59,125 bases of DNA from Candidatus Yanofskybacteria bacterium (GCA_016181045.1 JACPAB010000002.1:1-59125), one strand, 5' to 3'. Numbered from the stretch's first letter, positions 17,694-27,242 are shown. A program made the numbers and translations. The notes: a model not told the origin generated them from the letters alone.

Positions 17694-18107
17694 GTGGCGA
17701 TGGAGGAAAGGATGAAAACGTTTTGGTTTCTTGAAAGTATCGGCGGTTTGTCGTGGGTTTATATGTATTTAGTTTGGATAATAGATTTTGAATTTTTGAA
17801 AATTTTAATCGTGCCCCTTGCCTTGTCAGCAGTCTTATTCAGTTTCTGGGCGTTGGTTTATGCAGTGGCGAGGTTAGACCGCAAATCTACACCGTTCATA
17901 GCGATTCTGGCTGGTAATTTCTGGGTTGTAGCTGACTCCCTTTGGGCAGTTAATGATTCTTACGGGGTTGAGGCCTTGCTTCAGATTGCCCGACTTTTTA
18001 CTTTTTTGTTGATGATTGTCGCAACTTGGGAGTTTTTTGCAAGTAAAGATAATGTTGAAAAGTTGGCGCATTTTGCCGAATTTTTCAGGAAATTTAAGAA
18101 TGGGTAG
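17694..18107 (+). CDS. Multi-pass membrane hypothetical protein
   Basis: About four hydrophobic segments; AAGGAGG and GGAGG RBS-like motifs near alternative starts. Confidence 0.6.
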   Translation: MAMEERMKTFWFLESIGGLSWVYMYLVWIIDFEFLKILIVPLALSAVLFSFWALVYAVARLDRKSTPFIAILAGNFWVVADSLWAVNDSYGVEALLQIARLFTFLLMIVATWEFFASKDNVEKLAHFAEFFRKFKNG

Positions 18108-18139
18108 AAAGGCGATAATGCGGCTTAAGCCGCATTTTC

Positions 18140-19501
18140 TTACCTCCAACTCGCAAACCACACTCGTGCATTGTAGGCCTTTTGTGAGAGCGGCAAACCG
18201 TAGCTTAACGGCGCAAAGAAGAGAAAAGCGGCAATGGCACCGATTACGATTCCCGTAAAAATTTTGCGGGAATTTTTTCTTGCCCTGAGCGGGTCGAAGG
18301 GGTTTTTGTCGACAAGATAACAAAGTATTATAATCGCAAAGACAAGAGCGGTTAAGTAGTGGTATAAGAACATCACGCGCTTGACCCCGATGAAGGGCAA
18401 TAAATTTAGCCAATAGCCAATAGACAATAGCCCATAGGTATGATTTTTTATATTTCTGAAAAAATTAATCATAAAATAAATTACGGCAACAGTTGAAAGC
18501 CACCATATCACCGGATTGCCGAAGAAGTAAATTCGAGCATTATCTTTGATCCAATAAAATATCGGCCTTGCCATAAGCGGCCATGTGTACCACTGGCTTG
18601 AGTAAGGGTGGATAGCCGTAAGCCGCTGATTTGATCTATACATCTCAACATTAAGATCCAAAATATTTTTAACAATATTATTCTCTCTGAAGTTGGGCTT
18701 CATGAAAGCGTCGCCGGAGCCTAGGTTTGGCAGAAGCGCAAAGTGGAGCGCAAAAATAGAAAAGTAGATAGCCAACGAAATAAAGAAAAAAGAAGATATC
18801 CTCAAGACCTCCATAAAACTAACGATTGTTAGTTTTATGGAGGTTTCGGAGGTTTTGAGGGTTTCGACTGCTTCGATTAAAATCGGCAGGGCAATAAACC
18901 CCAACCCGGTCCATTTTATGGATATGGCAAGGCCGCTGAATATCGCCATTAAAAATAAATTCCAATTCCAGTCCCACGACATTCTCACATTCTCAAGAAT
19001 ATGAGAATGTCGTGGGTGGGGTTGGCGGCGGTATCCGAAGTAAAATAACAGTGAAGTGAAGCCGAATAGAAGCAGAAACGGGTCTAGAAGTATTAAGCGG
19101 GACTGGGTTAAAAGCGCGTTGTCAAAAACTACGAGCAACGCTCCGGTGAAAGCCGCCATACGGCTCATTCCGAGTTCCAGGATAAGCAAGAAAATTACCA
19201 GTGGTAGCAGTGTTCCAGCCAAAGCCGGCAGAAATCTCAAGGCCATATATTTTTTGTCCGGAAACTTATCGCCGATATTTACAAAGCTGTATTCCGGCTG
19301 GAAATCGAACAACTTGGCGAACCCGGCAATCATTAACTTTCCCAGCGGCGGATGGATGTCAAAATAGTATTCTCCCGTGTAATATCCCGACACGAATTTG
19401 CCGAAATGGACCTCATCAAAAACCGTCTCATTTGGGTGTCCGAAAAAAGCAAAATGCGTTGCGATACTTAAGGCCAGAATTATCAACAGATACTTTTTCA
19501 T
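18140..19501 (-). CDS. Dolichyl/polyprenyl-phosphate-mannose-protein mannosyltransferase (PMT, GT39)
   Basis: VFDEVHFGKF, FDIHPPLGKLMIA, SRLILLD, IKWTG, HPYSSQWYTWP, GNPVIWW, RVMFLYHY. Confidence 0.92.
   Translation of the reverse strand: MKKYLLIILALSIATHFAFFGHPNETVFDEVHFGKFVSGYYTGEYYFDIHPPLGKLMIAGFAKLFDFQPEYSFVNIGDKFPDKKYMALRFLPALAGTLLPLVIFLLILELGMSRMAAFTGALLVVFDNALLTQSRLILLDPFLLLFGFTSLLFYFGYRRQPHPRHSHILENVRMSWDWNWNLFLMAIFSGLAISIKWTGLGFIALPILIEAVETLKTSETSIKLTIVSFMEVLRISSFFFISLAIYFSIFALHFALLPNLGSGDAFMKPNFRENNIVKNILDLNVEMYRSNQRLTAIHPYSSQWYTWPLMARPIFYWIKDNARIYFFGNPVIWWLSTVAVIYFMINFFRNIKNHTYGLLSIGYWLNLLPFIGVKRVMFLYHYLTALVFAIIILCYLVDKNPFDPLRARKNSRKIFTGIVIGAIAAFLFFAPLSYGLPLSQKAYNARVWFASWR
18279..18301 (-). 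repeat. CCCTTCGAC-NNG-CTCAGGGCAAG repeat copy, in frame in PMT (PFDPLRAR)
   Basis: Reverse complement CCCTTCGACCCGCTCAGGGCAAG matches 26127-26149 at 21/23 nt. Confidence 0.75.
18973..19016. repeat. Palindromic element inserted in frame in PMT (PRHSHILENVRMSW)
   Basis: CCCACGACATTCTCA-C-ATTCT-CA-AGAAT-A-TGAGAATGTCGTGGG near-perfect hairpin. Confidence 0.85.
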
Positions 19502-19551
19502 TTCGCGATGGGATAATAAAGGCATATTAGCAGTTTAAAAAAAGGAAGGAA

Positions 19552-19943
19552 ATGATCCGGCTGATTACAGCTCTGTTCCTATTTCTTTTTATCTTAAGTT
19601 CAAACGCGTTTGCTCAAACTCAAGAAAAGCAAGTACTGGATAAAAAATTCTGGGTTGTAAATTTTGTTTTTGTCGGCGCAAACGTCTTTGACGGATGGAG
19701 TACGTTTTATGCTCTTGAAAAATGCCCCACTTGTATAGAGGGTAATAAATTGATGAGGCCGATCGTTAATGCCGGGAAGATGCCGACCGCGATTTTTATT
19801 GCCACCACAGACGTCGGGATTGTTTATTTAGTTATTATCTCAAAAAGCATGATAATGAATTGTGGTGGGTGGTACCAGTTGTTGGGGCGGTAGCTCATGG
19901 AACTGCCGGAGTGATTAACATAAAAATAGGACTTAGTTTCTAG
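19552..19943 (+). pseudogene. Frameshifted exported/membrane hypothetical protein
   Basis: ORF 19552-19893 drifts into an implausible tail after ~19828; the alternative frame gives SYYLKKHDNELWWVVPVVGAVAHGTAGVINIKIGLSF* ending directly at a terminator hairpin. Confidence 0.6.
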
Positions 19944-19992
19944 AAGGCCCGAATGGGCCTTTTGTTTTTCTGTTTAAATTTTAGTAAAATTA

Positions 19993-20259
19993 GGTTGGAT
20001 AATTAACCCATTTTATAATCTTAGCGGAGCGTATTTTAGCCAAGGTCGAAGCCGGAATTCTGAAGATGTAGATTCTACTTCAAGGAATTCCGGCAAAGAG
20101 ATTGGCTAACAATACGCCCGCCCGCTGCGGGAGCTGAAAGAATAGCCGATTCCATTGTCAGGCCGCCCTCGTCGTAGAGTCTACGTCTTCAGGCGGCCTT
20201 TCGCGAACTCGGCTATTCTTTCAAGCTCTAAAATGATAAAATGGGTTAAATATCCAACC
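19993..20259. mobile_element. MITE/REP-like element with 24-bp terminal inverted repeats and two internal hairpins
   Basis: GGTTGGATAATTAACCCATTTTAT ... ATAAAATGGGTTAAATATCCAACC (1 mismatch); no ORF. Confidence 0.65.
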
Positions 20260-20263
20260 ATAT

Positions 20264-21190
20264 ATGTTTGATTTGATTATTATTGGCGGCTCGGCTGCGG
20301 CAGCATCCGCGGGCATATATGCCACCCGGCGCGCTTTAAATTTTAAAATAATCACCAAGGACTTTGGCGGCGAGGTGGCGACATCGGGCGAGGTGGACAA
20401 TTACCCGGGTATTCCGGGGACTAACGGTATAGAGTTGGCCGACAAGTTCAAGAAGCATTTAACCAACTACGGAGTCATACCCGAAGAAGGGGTTGAAGTT
20501 AAAAAAATAATCCGGCAGACCGACGGAATTTTTCTCATAAATGCGGCTAAAGAAGGCCAGGACATCGAATATACCGCCCGGGCCGTCATAGTGGCCACTG
20601 GCGTTCACCCGAGGGAGTTGAACATTCCGGGAGAGAAGGAGTTCAAGAACAAAGGCGTCAGCTACTGTACCGTTTGTGACGGGCCCGTATTCGGAGGCAA
20701 AACAGTGGCCATTATCGGAGGGGGAAATTCCGCGCTGGAGGCGGGACTTATGATGGCCGATATCGCCGGCAAGGTTTATATGCTCAACAAAAACCCCGTT
20801 TTTAAGGGCGACACCATTCTGCTTGACAACCTGAAGACCAAAAAAAATGTTGAATTCATCTACAGCGTCAAAACCAGCGGGATAACGGGGAAGCAATTCG
20901 TGACAGGGCTCAAATACGAAGAAGGGGGAAGTGAAAAAGAACTAAAAGTGGATGGCGTATTCGTCCATATCGGAATGCTTCCCAATTCCGGCGTTGTTCC
21001 GGAAGATGTCCGGAAAAATAATTACGGAGAAATTGTTGTAGACAAGAATTGTCAGACCAATATTCCCGGTCTGTATGCCGCCGGAGACGTGACAGATGTA
21101 CCGTTCAAGCAAATAGTAATTGCCGCAGCACAAGGAGTTTGTGCATTACTAAGTGCTGTGCAGTATTTGAATAAATTTAAACAGATTTAA
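20264..21190 (+). CDS. trxB: Thioredoxin-disulfide reductase
   Basis: GVSYCTVCDG, IIGGGNSA, GVFVHIG, GLYAAGD, KQIVIAAAQG. Confidence 0.9.
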   Translation: MFDLIIIGGSAAAASAGIYATRRALNFKIITKDFGGEVATSGEVDNYPGIPGTNGIELADKFKKHLTNYGVIPEEGVEVKKIIRQTDGIFLINAAKEGQDIEYTARAVIVATGVHPRELNIPGEKEFKNKGVSYCTVCDGPVFGGKTVAIIGGGNSALEAGLMMADIAGKVYMLNKNPVFKGDTILLDNLKTKKNVEFIYSVKTSGITGKQFVTGLKYEEGGSEKELKVDGVFVHIGMLPNSGVVPEDVRKNNYGEIVVDKNCQTNIPGLYAAGDVTDVPFKQIVIAAAQGVCALLSAVQYLNKFKQI

Positions 21191-21249
21191 GATTTAAGAT
21201 TTAAGATTAACGAATATTCTTAAATCAAGATTCATAAATCGTAAATCAA

Positions 21250-21693
21250 TTGATTTATATCGGGACAGACCATAGAGGGTTTAAATTAAAAGAGAAGGTG
21301 AAACAATGGCTGATCGAATGGGGCTACGAATACCACGATGTCGGTGCCTTTGAATACGACCAGAACGACGATTACCCCGTCTATGCATCCAAAGTTGCCG
21401 AGAGCATGACCGAACCCGATGACCGGGGCATCTTATTCTGTGGTTCCGGCGTAGGGGTGGACGATGTCGCCAATAAATTCGACGGTATACGTTCCGGCCT
21501 TGCCATCAACAAAGAACAGATAGAAGCAGCCAGAAGAGACGACAACATCAACGTCCTCGCCATCGCTTCGGACTTTACTTCCGAAGAAGATGCGCAGGAA
21601 ATCGTCAGGACATTTCTTAAAACCGAATTTGCCGATGAGGAAAGATTCAATCGCCGGCTTGGCGAGATAGGGGAAATAGAAGAAACAAATTAA
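21250..21693 (+). CDS. rpiB: Ribose-5-phosphate isomerase B
   Basis: GTDHRGF, DDYP, GILFCGSGVG, ANK, ARRDDNINVL, RFNRR; TTG start. Confidence 0.9.
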   Translation: MIYIGTDHRGFKLKEKVKQWLIEWGYEYHDVGAFEYDQNDDYPVYASKVAESMTEPDDRGILFCGSGVGVDDVANKFDGIRSGLAINKEQIEAARRDDNINVLAIASDFTSEEDAQEIVRTFLKTEFADEERFNRRLGEIGEIEETN

Positions 21694-23330
21694 TGTCTGA
21701 TATTGTAAACGAGATCAAAAACCTTATCGAAGGAAAAGTGTCCGTTTCAGAAGCGGACTTAAACTTATTTAGCCACGACGCGAGCATTTTTGAGGTTAAG
21801 CCACAATTGATTGTCCGTCCCCAAAACGTAGACGACATCAAAAAGCTGGTGTCCTTGGTTTCTGAAAAAAAAGCGTCCTGGCCGAATCTTTCTCTGACGG
21901 CGCGGGCCGCGGGTTCGGACATGACCGGAGGGCCGTTGAATGAGTCAATAATTTTGGATTTTACGGCCCATTTTGACAAAATAAACGAGATGGGCGGGGA
22001 TTATGCCATCGTCGAGCCCGGTGTTTTTTATCGTGACTTTGAAAAAGAAACATTGAAAAAAGGACTACTGTTGCCCTCGTATCCGGCTTCTCGCGAAATC
22101 TGTACTGTTGGCGGTATGGTTGCAAATAATGCCGGCGGAGAGAAGTCGTTGCGCTATGGAAAAACGGAGGATTACGTTGAGGAACTCAATGTCGTGTTGA
22201 GCGATAGCAATGAATATGTTTTAAAGCCATTAACTTCTATAGAATTTGAACAAAAAAGGATCCAGAATGATTTTGAGGGGAACATGTATCGTAAAATTCA
22301 CGAATTACTAATTACTAATTACGAATTACTGCGCAAAGCCAAACCCGACGTGTCTAAAAATTCTGCCGGCTACGCGTTATGGAACATAATGAAAGAAGAA
22401 AGATTTGATTTAACAAAGTTATTCGTCGGTTCGCAGGGGACCCTCGGGATCATCACCAAGATCAAATTCCGGCTTATAAGACCGGCAAAGTATTCCCAAC
22501 TCTTTGTCCTGTTTCTTAAAGATATGACAAAGATAGGCGACTTAGTCATTGATTTAAATAAATATAAACCGGAAAGCATGGAATCCTACGACGACAACAC
22601 AATAAAGCTAACTTTCAAAATACTCCCCGACTTAATAAAAAAGATGGGGCTTGGCGTTTTATTGAGATTTATCCCTGACCTGTGGGTTATTATTACTGGA
22701 GGCACCCCAAGATTAGTAATTTTGGCTGAATTTACAGGTGATGACGAAAAAACTCTAACCGACAAGATAAAAAGTTGCCAAAAAGACATAGTTGATAAAT
22801 TTAAAGTTAAAACAAGAATTGCAAAAAGCGAGGCCGACGTTCAAAAATACTGGACGATAAGGAGAGAAAGTTTCAACTTATTGAGAAAACACGTTAAAGG
22901 CAAAAAAACCGCTCCGTTCATTGACGACATTATTGTAAGGCCGGAACATCTGCCCAAATTTCTGCCCGAACTCAACGAAATACTGGATGAGCATAAGGAC
23001 TATATTATTTATACCATAGCTGGCCATCCCGGAGACGGCAACTTCCATATTATTCCGCTGATGAACCTTTCGGATGAAAGATCAAGAAATATAATCCCGG
23101 AGTTGTCAACCAAGGTTTATGACCTGATTATCCGATATAATGGCTCAATAACAGCCGAGCACAATGACGGTTTGATACGAACGCCGTATATTGAAAAGAT
23201 GTACGGTAAAGAAGTTTATCAATTGTTCGAGAAGGTGAAAGAGATCTTTGACCCCCAAAACATATTTAATCCCGGGAAAAAGGTCGGTGCTGATCTGGAT
23301 TATGCAATGAAACATATAAAACATGATTGA
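21693..23330 (+). CDS. FAD-binding oxidoreductase (D-2-hydroxyacid dehydrogenase/GlcD-like)
   Basis: RAAGSDMTG, CTVGGMVANNAGG, GSQGTLGIIT, GHPGDGNFH, AEHNDG, FDPQNIFNPGK. Confidence 0.9.
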   Translation: MSDIVNEIKNLIEGKVSVSEADLNLFSHDASIFEVKPQLIVRPQNVDDIKKLVSLVSEKKASWPNLSLTARAAGSDMTGGPLNESIILDFTAHFDKINEMGGDYAIVEPGVFYRDFEKETLKKGLLLPSYPASREICTVGGMVANNAGGEKSLRYGKTEDYVEELNVVLSDSNEYVLKPLTSIEFEQKRIQNDFEGNMYRKIHELLITNYELLRKAKPDVSKNSAGYALWNIMKEERFDLTKLFVGSQGTLGIITKIKFRLIRPAKYSQLFVLFLKDMTKIGDLVIDLNKYKPESMESYDDNTIKLTFKILPDLIKKMGLGVLLRFIPDLWVIITGGTPRLVILAEFTGDDEKTLTDKIKSCQKDIVDKFKVKTRIAKSEADVQKYWTIRRESFNLLRKHVKGKKTAPFIDDIIVRPEHLPKFLPELNEILDEHKDYIIYTIAGHPGDGNFHIIPLMNLSDERSRNIIPELSTKVYDLIIRYNGSITAEHNDGLIRTPYIEKMYGKEVYQLFEKVKEIFDPQNIFNPGKKVGADLDYAMKHIKHD

Positions 23331-23964
23331 AATTATTCCAGCCATACTTACGAATTCGTCTGAAGAATTTGAGAAGATATTAAGAACAGTTGAACCCTAT
23401 GTTGACCGCGTCCACTTGGACATAATGGACGGCGAGTTTGTTTCCAATAAGACCATCACAGGATATGAAGAACTGATGAGTTTGGAAACGAAACTTAAAT
23501 TTGACGTTCACTTGATGGTTGCCAAGCCGGAGGAACAGATGCATTTATGGTATAAGACGGGCGCGGACAGGTTTTTGATCCACGCCGAAACCGACCATGG
23601 CCACATTGATCTTATAAATCAGATACACCTTAACGGCAGGAAAGTCGGTTTAGTTTTGAACCCTGAAACTCAAGTCGAAAAAATAGCCGAATTGATAGAC
23701 GATATTGATTTTGTCCAATTCATGACCGTGCACCCGGGAAATTATGGAGGGGAATTTGTTGAGAGTGTTGTGCCCAAGATAGGCGACTTTCACGGCCGGT
23801 ACCCCAATATGCCCATAGCGGTGGACGGCTCCATGCATCCCGGCAATATTCAAAAAGTTATAGCGATGGGAGCTTCCATAATAGTTTTAGGCAGCCACAT
23901 ATTTGCCGAGAACCGGGATGTTGGCGAAGCTATTGAAGAAATTAGAAAAATAGCTGAAAATTAA
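23323..23964 (+). CDS. rpe: Ribulose-phosphate 3-epimerase
   Basis: IIPAIL, HLDIMDGEFV, DVHLMV, LNPET, MTVHPG..G, VDG. Confidence 0.93.
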   Translation: MIEIIPAILTNSSEEFEKILRTVEPYVDRVHLDIMDGEFVSNKTITGYEELMSLETKLKFDVHLMVAKPEEQMHLWYKTGADRFLIHAETDHGHIDLINQIHLNGRKVGLVLNPETQVEKIAELIDDIDFVQFMTVHPGNYGGEFVESVVPKIGDFHGRYPNMPIAVDGSMHPGNIQKVIAMGASIIVLGSHIFAENRDVGEAIEEIRKIAEN

Positions 23965-23967
23965 GTA

Positions 23968-24951
23968 ATGGAATTTGATATCGTGGCGATAGGTTCAGCC
24001 ACAAGAGACATATTTATAGGCATAGACGACTTTAAAAGGATTAAGTCAGCCGATTTTTCTACGGGTGAAGGCCTGTGCTTTCCTTTCGGGTCAAAGCTGG
24101 AAATCAAGAAGATCGTTTTCGCTTCCGGCGGAGGAGGGACCAATGCCGCCGTTACTTTTGCCAGGCAGGGATTGAGAACGGCGTGCATCGGAGTGGTCGG
24201 CAACGACTTTAACGGGCAAGAGTTGTTGAACGAACTTGCCGGAGAAGGCGTAGAAACAAAATATTTCCAGAAACATGACGACGGCCCCACCGCTTACTCG
24301 GTTATTCTTGTTGACCCGTCGGGAGAAAGAACCATCCTGTCTTACAAAGGAGAAGGCCAGCATTTTGATGCCGGCAAAGTTGTTTTTGAAGACATTAAGA
24401 CAAAATGGATGTTTCTGGACAGCTTGGGCGGCCACTATGACGTGCTGGAAAAAGCCGTGAATTGGGCGGCGGCAAACGGCGTAAAGCTGGCTACAAACCC
24501 CGGCGGCAAAGAACTTGGCCATGGTTTGGAAAAGCTAAAACCGCTGCTGAAAAACTTTTCCATATTCTGGGTGAACCAGGAGGAGGCAGCCAAGCTCACG
24601 GGCATTGACTACAAGAACGAGTCCGAGATATTCAAAGCCATGGACGAGCTTATCGGGGGGATATTCGTGATGACAAAAGGGCCCGAAGGCATGGCCGTAT
24701 CGGACGGCAAGAACATATACCGCGCCAAAGTGCCGGACTCTCCAGTAGTTGAAAGGACGGGAGCGGGGGACGCCTCCTGCTCCGGCTTTATAGCCGAATA
24801 CACAAGGTCTGGTAGTATAGAGAAAGCGATACAATTTGCCACCGCTAATGCGTCTTCTGTCGTTACTCAATATGGGGCCAAGGCGGGGATACTGAAGAAT
24901 GGGGATTGGGGACCGTGGCCATTAGTTAAAGTTGAGAAATCTCAACTTTAA
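23968..24951 (+). CDS. PfkB-family carbohydrate kinase
   Basis: GGGGTNAAV..ARQG, GERT, NQEEA, TKGPEG, ERTGAGDA. Confidence 0.92.
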   Translation: MEFDIVAIGSATRDIFIGIDDFKRIKSADFSTGEGLCFPFGSKLEIKKIVFASGGGGTNAAVTFARQGLRTACIGVVGNDFNGQELLNELAGEGVETKYFQKHDDGPTAYSVILVDPSGERTILSYKGEGQHFDAGKVVFEDIKTKWMFLDSLGGHYDVLEKAVNWAAANGVKLATNPGGKELGHGLEKLKPLLKNFSIFWVNQEEAAKLTGIDYKNESEIFKAMDELIGGIFVMTKGPEGMAVSDGKNIYRAKVPDSPVVERTGAGDASCSGFIAEYTRSGSIEKAIQFATANASSVVTQYGAKAGILKNGDWGPWPLVKVEKSQL

Positions 24952-25068
24952 AATAACCAATACACAATAACCAACATCCAATCAAATCTTAAAACATTAA
25001 AAAGTTTTTAACATTTAAAGAATTGGTTATTGACTGGTTATTGAGTTATTGATTATTAAAATTTATTT

Positions 25069-26331
25069 ATGAAAGATTCTTACAACAAACTTTCTCGCAT
25101 ATTGCGGGTCTCTCCGGAGCTTCTTTTGAACTTGGACCAAAAAATGTCGGCGATAAGCGGACAGGACGGGGTAATAGAAGACATAGCCAATCAGAACGAC
25201 ATACTCGTTTCCCGAACTCTGACTGAATTAGGGTTAAGCAGGGAGTCGAAGGCCGAGGAAGTATATAACGCTCTGGTTCACCGCCTTATTTATCTTGATC
25301 AGCAACTTTACGAGGCGCTGGATAAACCGGACCTCGCCCAAATGTCGGTTGCTTGCGGGAAATTGTGCGAAATGGCCTTCAGGGTCTTTACTCCCCCAAG
25401 GGGATTGTTCATCAAGAGAGAAAAAGTTGCCGAATTGCTGGACAAACACAAGCCGGACAATCTTCTCAACCATTTTGGTTATGCCACCGCGAAGGAGCTT
25501 ATAGAAAAAGAGGGATTTGCGTCCGTTGTCAGCGCGCTTCGTTTTACGCAAAGCAAAGAATGGATGCATAAATTCTTTGAAGAATCGTACAGTTCTCTGA
25601 CCCCCGATGATTTTGAAGAAAGGGATGTGGAACTAATAGTGCTTGATCAAAAATGGCTTTCTGTCGTCGAGAAATTCCTTGAGAAGAAATATCATAATAT
25701 AAGCCATCTCAAAGAATACGGCATAATTTTTATAATTCCTTTGCCCATAGATACACCGGGAGAAACGATGCGCATGTTCACGCTCATTCTCCACTACCTT
25801 CACGAGGTACCATTTTATTCCTCATTATTCCGAAAATTTATGAAAGACGAGGACTTTGTTCCTAAACTGCAATCGCTTTTGCGAGGGGACGTTTCCGAAG
25901 ACAAAATGTCGGATGGTGGGAAAATAGTTTGGCGGGTGGTTCAGAGATATCTAGCCAAAGACGATGAATCCGATTTCCGTCTTTTTGAACAGCACGTAAA
26001 TCCCGAGGCGGAGCATTGGTTCAGGGCAGAAGAGGATCTGGGCCGTTTATCAAGGATGCTTGGAAGGAACGAAGGCCGGTTGAATCTTGGCTACTGGACG
26101 GGGCTGGATTTCGTAGGCGACTTTTTCCCTTCGACAAGCTCAGGGCAAGCACGATTGATAAGTTTTGACCTTATAGACCTGATAATGTCTGTGGTCAAAA
26201 AGGGGGAGATAAAATATCTTTATCATCAGCAGGAGGCATTGTGGAACAAGATTTTTTCTGAATATCTGGGACGGGAGAGGATGAACCGTCTCATCGAAGA
26301 AAAAATTATCGAAGGATTTATCGAGTTATGA
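25069..26331 (+). CDS. Conserved hypothetical protein embedded in the sugar-phosphate operon
   Basis: 420 aa; KKYHNISHLKE, LHYLHE, HVNPEAEHW motifs; overlaps fba start by 4 nt. Confidence 0.8.
   Translation: MKDSYNKLSRILRVSPELLLNLDQKMSAISGQDGVIEDIANQNDILVSRTLTELGLSRESKAEEVYNALVHRLIYLDQQLYEALDKPDLAQMSVACGKLCEMAFRVFTPPRGLFIKREKVAELLDKHKPDNLLNHFGYATAKELIEKEGFASVVSALRFTQSKEWMHKFFEESYSSLTPDDFEERDVELIVLDQKWLSVVEKFLEKKYHNISHLKEYGIIFIIPLPIDTPGETMRMFTLILHYLHEVPFYSSLFRKFMKDEDFVPKLQSLLRGDVSEDKMSDGGKIVWRVVQRYLAKDDESDFRLFEQHVNPEAEHWFRAEEDLGRLSRMLGRNEGRLNLGYWTGLDFVGDFFPSTSSGQARLISFDLIDLIMSVVKKGEIKYLYHQQEALWNKIFSEYLGRERMNRLIEEKIIEGFIEL
26127..26149 (+). repeat. CCCTTCGACAAGCTCAGGGCAAG repeat copy, in frame (PSTSSGQ)
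   Basis: Second copy at 18279-18301 on the other strand and in a different reading frame. Confidence 0.75.
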
Positions 26332-27242
26332 ATAATTTAAATTACTATCTTGAACAAGCTCGGTTATCGCGCACGGCTCTTGGGCATTTCAATTTTGCTA
26401 CGGCGGACGTGTTGAGGGGGATCGTTGAGGCGTCCAAGGATGCCGGCGCCACTGCTGTAATGGTCGGTACATCCGAGGGAGAAGCGGGCTTCGTCGGTCT
26501 TAAAGAAGCTGTTGCTTTAGTTAAAGCGTTGCGGGAGGAGCTTAATTTTCCAGTTTTTCTGAATGCGGATCATTTCAAAAGTTTTGAGAAATGCAGAGAG
26601 GCAATAGATGCCGGATATGATTCGGTAATCATAGACCCCGTAGTAGAGATTTCGAATACCTTCGGTAAAGATAAATCGAAATCACACTACGGGGCAGGTG
26701 CGCCTGGTTTTATGGAAAAGGTGGTTATTACTAAAAAAGTTGTTGATTATGCTCGGTCAGTCAGCTCCTATATTTTAGTGGAAGGCGAGTTAGGATATTT
26801 GAAAGGTTCCTCTCAAATACAAACAAAAATTGAAATAACGCCCGCGGACTTTACCAAACCAAAAGAAGCAAAAGAATTTGTTGAAAAAACTGGAGTTAAT
26901 CAGTTGGCGGTTGTGTTTGGTAATATTCACGGAATAGTCACCGAGCAAGAAGAGAAGTTAGACATAGAGCATTTCAAAAAAATTATAACGGCGATGCCGG
27001 ATGTTTTCTATGTTCTTCACGGCGCATCGGGTTTGAAAGACGAGGATGTGGCCGCATCTATCAAAGCGGGAATAACCAACGTTCATTTTAACACCGAATT
27101 GCGGGTGGCTTACCGCAACGCCATCGACAAGGTTTTCCACGAAAAACCCAACGAAACCACGCCTTATAAATACCTCGGCCCCGCGGTAGAAGAGGTCAAA
27201 AAACTCGTCACCCAGAAGATTCACGTCTTCATGGGCAAATAG
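26328..27242 (+). CDS. fba: Class II fructose-bisphosphate aldolase
   Basis: HFN, NADH, GYDSV, VEGELG, LAVVFGNIHG, VLHGASG, NTELR. Confidence 0.92.
   Translation: MNNLNYYLEQARLSRTALGHFNFATADVLRGIVEASKDAGATAVMVGTSEGEAGFVGLKEAVALVKALREELNFPVFLNADHFKSFEKCREAIDAGYDSVIIDPVVEISNTFGKDKSKSHYGAGAPGFMEKVVITKKVVDYARSVSSYILVEGELGYLKGSSQIQTKIEITPADFTKPKEAKEFVEKTGVNQLAVVFGNIHGIVTEQEEKLDIEHFKKIITAMPDVFYVLHGASGLKDEDVAASIKAGITNVHFNTELRVAYRNAIDKVFHEKPNETTPYKYLGPAVEEVKKLVTQKIHVFMGK
26636..26694. repeat. Palindromic element inserted in frame in fba (PVVEISNTFGKDKSKSHYG)
   Basis: CCCCGTAGT..GATTTCGA..TACC-TTC-GGTA..TCGAAATC..ACTACGGGG. Confidence 0.8.
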
